From: an uncultured Verrucomicrobiota bacterium | Lineage (GTDB): Bacteria > Verrucomicrobiota > Verrucomicrobiia > Limisphaerales > UBA8199 | NCBI GenBank assembly: GCA_964446585.1 | Contig: CAYUPI010000004.1 | Coordinates: 124,177-188,176, forward strand | Reading direction: 5' to 3' | Length of the DNA stretch: 64,000 bases | Part shown: piece by piece, positions 63,912 through 64,000 of the stretch | Layout: the number at the start of each line of letters is the position of its first letter | How positions within the stretch are numbered: position 1 is the first letter of the stretch | Notes under the pieces: model-generated | What the model was told of the DNA's origin: nothing | What the model saw: the letters and a program-made list of their open reading frames with translations, nothing else | Database searches by the model: none | Translations under genes and position numbers: made by a program

Positions 63912-64000
63912 TCAAACGCGCGGATCCTCGGGAAACACGCTCGTGAATTTCACGCTAAGTCGAGGTTCAGCCATCATCGAAGCGACCGTATCACGCCACA
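63912..64000 (-). CDS. Partial (3' end) antibiotic-biosynthesis-monooxygenase / LsrG-like protein
   Basis: Reads WRDTVASMMAEPRLSVKFTSVFPEDPRV*; truncated by the window edge. Confidence 0.6.
   Translation of the reverse strand, partial: WRDTVASMMAEPRLSVKFTSVFPEDPRV

Noticed and set aside
1-64000. tRNA, rRNA or tmRNA genes
   Set aside because: No T-loop/acceptor-stem or rRNA signature was recognised by eye; tRNAscan-SE and Infernal were not run.

Overview
GC-rich bacterial chromosomal segment. Gene content and protein style suggest Verrucomicrobiota, Pedosphaera-like (inference). Contents in order: (1) 0-7 kb, exported or surface proteins (PagL-like beta-barrel, beta-helix protein, GANIGW-repeat protein, glycoside hydrolase-like protein, SHOCT lipoprotein); (2) 7-25.6 kb, a pyrimidine and purine catabolism cluster (mmsA, BauB-like cupin, preA, preT, beta-ureidopropionase, uraD, uraH, allC, allB, allE, GAF protein, plant-like ureidoglycolate amidohydrolase, single-chain XDH, xdhC) with no recognisable uricase or dihydropyrimidinase; (3) thrC, TPR protein, methyltransferase; (4) a partial type II secretion / type IV pilus operon plus a 1044-aa surface protein; (5) housekeeping genes (ilvC, ilvN, HTH-MBL hydrolase, glycerate kinase, glutaredoxin, panC, nadB, aquaporin); (6) a CusCBA-like metal efflux operon with a divergent CnrYXH-like ECF module; (7) thiD, polX, isochorismatase, DUF1080, Fe-ADH. 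No tRNA, rRNA, CRISPR array, integrase or transposase was recognised. The main unexplained signal is a dispersed set of degenerate 7-nt tandem arrays (plus one 8-nt and one 9-nt array). Two four-helix-bundle genes each sit between two normally adjacent operon genes and share the layout array-ORF-array-inverted array. Gene-less array hairpins and in-frame array insertions (allC, xdh) occur elsewhere. All calls come from reading the sequence and recalling motifs; no database search was run, and several start codons are best guesses.
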